Shown here: positions 60,507 through 64,000 of the stretch, one piece after another | How positions within the stretch are numbered: the first letter of the stretch is position 1 | Layout: the number at the start of each line of letters is the position of its first letter | Origin: Verrucomicrobiota bacterium | GTDB lineage: Bacteria; Verrucomicrobiota; Verrucomicrobiia; Limisphaerales; Palsa-1400 | Reading direction: 5' to 3' | Assembly: GCA_049510745.1 (NCBI GenBank) | Contig: JBEKYR010000012.1 | Coordinates: forward strand, 4,094-68,093 | DNA length: 64,000 nucleotides | Translations under genes and position numbers: made by a program | The notes under the pieces: generated by a model | Seen by the model: only the letters and a program-made list of their open reading frames with translations | Told to the model about the DNA's origin: nothing | Databases searched by the model: none

Positions 60507-61766
60507 TCAGGGAGAATTCGCCGCATCTGTCAACTTCAAAATGGCGGCGGCGGCGCGGGCGGCGGCCCCGGGGCCGCCCAGGGCGGAGACGACCTGGCGC
60601 AGTCTGGCCCGGATTTCCGCGCGGCGGGCGGGGTTTTCCAACAACTCCAGCGCGGCTTGGGCGATGTTTTGGGCGGTCGCCCGCCCCTGGATGAATTCCG
60701 GGCAGAGCGCCTCGCCGGCCAGAAGGTTCGGCATGGCCAGGAATTTCACGGTGACAATCCGGCGCGCGATCAAATAGGTGAGGAGCGACGTCTTATAGAG
60801 GGCGACGACCGGGACTCCGAAGCGGGCGCATTCCAGCGTCACGGTGCCGGTGGAAGCGATGGCCAGAGTCGCGCGCGCGAGCGCCTCTTCCAATTGGCCG
60901 GTCTGGATTTCAACCTGAGCTGCGCCAGCGATCACGGCGATGTGAGCCCGGTTGGCCACGTCATCGTTGGGGACAACGGGTTTGAATCGAACGGGCTGTC
61001 GGGCGGGGGTCAGAGTGCGGGCTGCAAGTATTACGGGAATAGAGAGGCTGGCCAATGTCTCGTTTGGGGCGACGAGTTTGAATCGAACGGGCTGCAGGGC
61101 GGCGATCATGTCGGCGGCCGCCAGCATCACGGGGAGATGGCGCCGCAGTTCGCCCCGACGGCTGCCGGGGAGAAGAAGGATGGTCGGAATCGGGTCCGCG
61201 TTTTCCGGTTCGCCGCCGGGGGGCGGGCCGGTGTCAAACATTGGATGGCCGACGCATTCGACGCGCAGTTGCGGCAGGCGCCGGGCATACCACTCCTTTT
61301 CAAAGGGAAAGAGGCACAGGAGCAAGTCGAAGTCCCTGACCATTTTTTCGGCGCGGCCGGGACGGGAGGCCCAGACTTGGGGGGAGACGTATTTGACGAT
61401 GCGCGGCCGCCAGGGCGGGGCGGCGCTCCGGCGGGCGGCCGCGCGAAGGGCGCGGGCCAGGCGGCGGTTGAAAAACTCGAAATCGACCAGGATGACCAGA
61501 TCGGGCTTTTCGGCGGCAGCCAGGCGGACCAGTTGGCGCAGGCGGCGGCAGAAGAGGGGCAGTTTCCTGATGACAGCGCTCAGGCCGATGACGGCGTCAG
61601 CAGTCAAGTCGAATGACAAGGCGACGCCCGCCCCCGCCATCTTCGGTCCGCCCGCGCCGATGAAGCGGGCGGCGGGCAGAGCGGCGGCCAGGGCTTGGAC
61701 CAGGGCGGCGGCGTGGGCGTCGCCGCTGGGTTCGCCCGCCACCAGCATGATGGTTCGGGGGTTCAT
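60507..61766 (-). CDS. lpxB: Lipid-A-disaccharide synthase, with an internal 32-codon duplication
   Basis: 'IMLVAGEPSGDAHAAALVQAL', 'YVSPQVWASRPGRAEKM', 'LAIASTGTVTLECARFGVP'. Start at 'MNPRTIM' (cat at 61764-61766). Confidence 0.9.
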   Translation of the reverse strand: MNPRTIMLVAGEPSGDAHAAALVQALAAALPAARFIGAGGPKMAGAGVALSFDLTADAVIGLSAVIRKLPLFCRRLRQLVRLAAAEKPDLVILVDFEFFNRRLARALRAAARRSAAPPWRPRIVKYVSPQVWASRPGRAEKMVRDFDLLLCLFPFEKEWYARRLPQLRVECVGHPMFDTGPPPGGEPENADPIPTILLLPGSRRGELRRHLPVMLAAADMIAALQPVRFKLVAPNETLASLSIPVILAARTLTPARQPVRFKPVVPNDDVANRAHIAVIAGAAQVEIQTGQLEEALARATLAIASTGTVTLECARFGVPVVALYKTSLLTYLIARRIVTVKFLAMPNLLAGEALCPEFIQGRATAQNIAQAALELLENPARRAEIRARLRQVVSALGGPGAAARAAAAILKLTDAANSP

Positions 61767-62110
61767 TTCAACTCCGCTTTCACTTCCTTGAGGAAGCCGG
61801 CGATTTTGAACGGAATGAAAGGGGCGGCCAGGCCGGTGAGAAAATCGGCGGCGGCGCCAAGGCGGGTGACGGCGGCGGGCAATCTGGTGTGCGCCCAGGG
61901 AATGGGGAAGCCTTTGAGGAGATCGGGTCCGCTGTGATATTGGAGGAAGAAGGTGAGCCAGACGGCCAGAAGGAGGCCGGCGGCGGCCACGGCGGCGATG
62001 GGGCGCCAGTCCTTGCGGGCGCGCCAAAGGGAGAGTTGGCGGCGGCCCGTGGTACAGGCCAGCCAGAGATCGAAGGCGACAACCGGGACGATGAGAAGCA
62101 AGCCGCCCAT
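61763..62110 (-). CDS. Small (115 aa) membrane protein in the lpxB operon
   Basis: An ATGA overlap joins it to the lpxB start. Three hydrophobic helices. It begins 6 nt after the upstream oxidoreductase gene. Confidence 0.55.
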   Translation of the reverse strand: MGGLLLIVPVVAFDLWLACTTGRRQLSLWRARKDWRPIAAVAAAGLLLAVWLTFFLQYHSGPDLLKGFPIPWAHTRLPAAVTRLGAAADFLTGLAAPFIPFKIAGFLKEVKAELK

Positions 62111-62116
62111 AGGAGG

Positions 62117-63136
62117 TTAACGGGCCGATTGAATCTGGCGTGTGATCTCGAAGGCGAGGTCGAGGGCGCGTTTGGCGACGGCGCCGCTGACTTTGGGAGT
62201 CTGGCGGGACTGGACGCAGCGGATGAAATCGCGCAATTCGAGCTTGAGCGGCTCGTCCTTTTCAATCGGCACCGGTTCGCGCACGATTTTGCGCCCAGCG
62301 AATTCGCTGACGATGGCGGAGTCCTTGCCGCGGAGGAGTTTTTTGAGCAACGACGATTGCTCCTCGCCGTCGCGGGCGACGCGATAAATGAAGCCTTCCT
62401 GGGCGCGGTAATCGAGGGAGACATAACTGGTGATCGCGCCGCCGCTAAAGACGCGGATTTTGCGCGTGCGCTCCGGGCTGATGCGGCTGGCGGTGAGATT
62501 GGCCACGCAGCCGTTGGCGAAGCGGAGCCGGGCATTGGCGATGTCCTCGGTCTGGCTGAGGACGGGAATGCCGACGGCCTCGACACTGGCCACAGTGGAG
62601 CGCACCAAACTGAGCACGACATCCAGATCGTGAATCATCAGGTCCAGCACAACGCCGATGTCGGTGCTGCGATTGGGGAAGGGGGAAAGGCGATTGGTTT
62701 CAATGAAGCGCGGATCGGTGGCGACTTGCTCCAGGTAGGCCAGGACGGGATTGAAGCGTTCGACGTGCCCGACCTGTAGGACGACGGAGCTTGCCTGCGC
62801 CAGTTCCACCAATTGACCGGCCTGGGCGGCGTTGTCGGTCATCGGTTTTTCCACCAAGGCATGTTTGCCGGCGGCAAGGATGCGTTTGGCCAGGTCGAAA
62901 TGGGTGTGGGTGGGGGTCACGACGCTGAAGGCTTCGGCGGCGGCAAGGGCGTCGTCGAGCGAGGCGAAGACGGGGACGCGGTATTTGGCGGCGATTTTGG
63001 CGGCTTGGGCGGGGGAAAGGTCATGGACGCCGGCGAAATGGATTTGGCCGGCGGCGGCGAGTTGGGCGTAGATGCGGGCGTGTTCCTTGCCCAGGGAGCC
63101 AACGCCGAGCACCGCGACATTAAGTAGTGAGTTCAA
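62117..63136 (-). CDS. Gfo/Idh/MocA-family NAD-dependent oxidoreductase (possible UDP-GlcNAc 3-dehydrogenase, GnnA-like)
   Basis: Rossmann motif 'VAVLGVGSLGKEHARIY', 'SVVTPTHTHFDLAKRILAAGKHALVEKP'. The GnnA suggestion rests only on its position in the lpxB operon. Confidence 0.85.
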   Translation of the reverse strand: MNSLLNVAVLGVGSLGKEHARIYAQLAAAGQIHFAGVHDLSPAQAAKIAAKYRVPVFASLDDALAAAEAFSVVTPTHTHFDLAKRILAAGKHALVEKPMTDNAAQAGQLVELAQASSVVLQVGHVERFNPVLAYLEQVATDPRFIETNRLSPFPNRSTDIGVVLDLMIHDLDVVLSLVRSTVASVEAVGIPVLSQTEDIANARLRFANGCVANLTASRISPERTRKIRVFSGGAITSYVSLDYRAQEGFIYRVARDGEEQSSLLKKLLRGKDSAIVSEFAGRKIVREPVPIEKDEPLKLELRDFIRCVQSRQTPKVSGAVAKRALDLAFEITRQIQSAR

Positions 63137-63313
63137 AGTTCAAGGCCTGCTGCTCTTAATCCTAGTCTCCCTCCGTCCTCCCACGCAACCAACTTTGAGG
63201 AAGAAGGATGAAGGATGAAGTGAGCGGGCGGCGCGGGCGGTTACGGCTTGGGGTTGGCGGGCTGGCCGGGAAAAGGATTAAGATAAAGGGCAGGCTTAGG
63301 AGCAGGAGAAAGA

Positions 63314-64000
63314 TTAGCTCAGGTCAAAAAGAAGGACTTGCGAGGGTTCGATTGCGCTCAATTCCAGGGAGGTTTCTTCGCTGACAGCCGCCGCGTCGCC
63401 GCCGCACAGTTTTTCCCCGTTGAGAGATACTTGGCCTTCGGCCACGTGAATCCAGGCATGGCGTCCTTTGGCCAATTTATGGGTGGCGTGATTCCTGGCG
63501 CTGAATCTGGCCAGCCAGAGATCGGCGTCCTGATGAATGGCGATGGAGCCGTCGCGGCCCGTCTTGCTCGTGACCAGGAGCAGCGTTCCGACCGGCGCGT
63601 CCGCCAGCGATTTCTCCGCGTAACGCGGCGTGACACCTTTGCGATCCGGTTGAATCCAGATTTGGAGGAGATGCACCGGCTCGTCCTTTGACGGGTTGAA
63701 TTCGCTGTGTTGCACGCCGGTCCCGGCAGCCATGTATTGCACCTCGCCTGGGCGGATGACGCGGCCGTTGCCCATCGAATCCTTGTGCTGCAGCGCGCCG
63801 CTGAGGATGTAGGTGATGATCTCCATGTCGCGATGCGGATGCGTCCCGAAACCCATCCCCGGCATCACCAGATCGTCGTTGATGACGCGGAGGCTGCGGA
63901 AGCCCATCCATTGCGGGTCGTAATAATCCGCGAAGCTGAAAGTGTGATAAGTGTCGAGCCACCCGTGTGCGGCGTGGCCCCGTTCGTTTGCTTTTCGAAT
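63314..64000 (-). CDS. Pirin-family (bicupin) protein, 5' end beyond the window
   Basis: The frame is open to base 64000: '...ERGHAAHGWLDTYHTFSFADYYDPQWMGFRSLRVINDD...GFGTHPHRDMEIITYILSGALQHKDS'. Confidence 0.92.
   Translation of the reverse strand: MRKANERGHAAHGWLDTYHTFSFADYYDPQWMGFRSLRVINDDLVMPGMGFGTHPHRDMEIITYILSGALQHKDSMGNGRVIRPGEVQYMAAGTGVQHSEFNPSKDEPVHLLQIWIQPDRKGVTPRYAEKSLADAPVGTLLLVTSKTGRDGSIAIHQDADLWLARFSARNHATHKLAKGRHAWIHVAEGQVSLNGEKLCGGDAAAVSEETSLELSAIEPSQVLLFDLS

Overview
High-GC (about 60-68% by hand counts) bacterial chromosome segment. Its features suggest the PVC group, probably Verrucomicrobiota: a PEP-CTERM protein, many Tat-signal glycosidases, secreted proteins ending in '...FYRV', and lineage-typical intergenic simple repeats. 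This taxonomic call is inference only. The backbone is housekeeping: SNF2 helicase (5' partial), xylB, uvrB, dinG, ffs-dnaX-ybaB-recR, pdxH, apbE, an lpxB operon and pirin (5' partial). Interleaved are plant-glycan side-chain enzymes: two tandem GH95-like genes, a type-B carboxylesterase, GH51, GH78 and a hexose-6-P mutarotase. There is also an ECF sigma/anti-sigma/RDD operon, a roughly 1265-aa LamG/Ig/beta-propeller surface protein, and a four-gene translationally overlapped envelope operon (46957-53802). No rRNA, tRNA, cas genes, integrase or transposase was seen. The most interesting items are as follows. (1) A low-GC gene behind dinG fuses a RibD/CDA-type zinc deaminase to a COG2865 (Schlafen/RecG-C-like ATPase plus wHTH) module, with palindromic 32-bp direct repeats just downstream. 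(2) A second low-GC islet (about 29.3-31.2 kb) holds three unknown genes and abuts an orphan MNT antitoxin. (3) A poly-G / Gly-rich frameshift splits one of two GH95-like paralogs that otherwise share near-identical conversion tracts. (4) A low-GC GH51 gene lies next to a decapitated DNA methyltransferase remnant. (5) A shared ~70-aa C-terminal '...F(Y/I)RV' module occurs on unrelated secreted proteins. (6) Families of intergenic heptamer and palindromic repeats recur across the window. Many long antisense ORFs in the track are GC-driven shadows and were rejected. All family assignments rest on motif recognition by eye and need HMM or structure confirmation.
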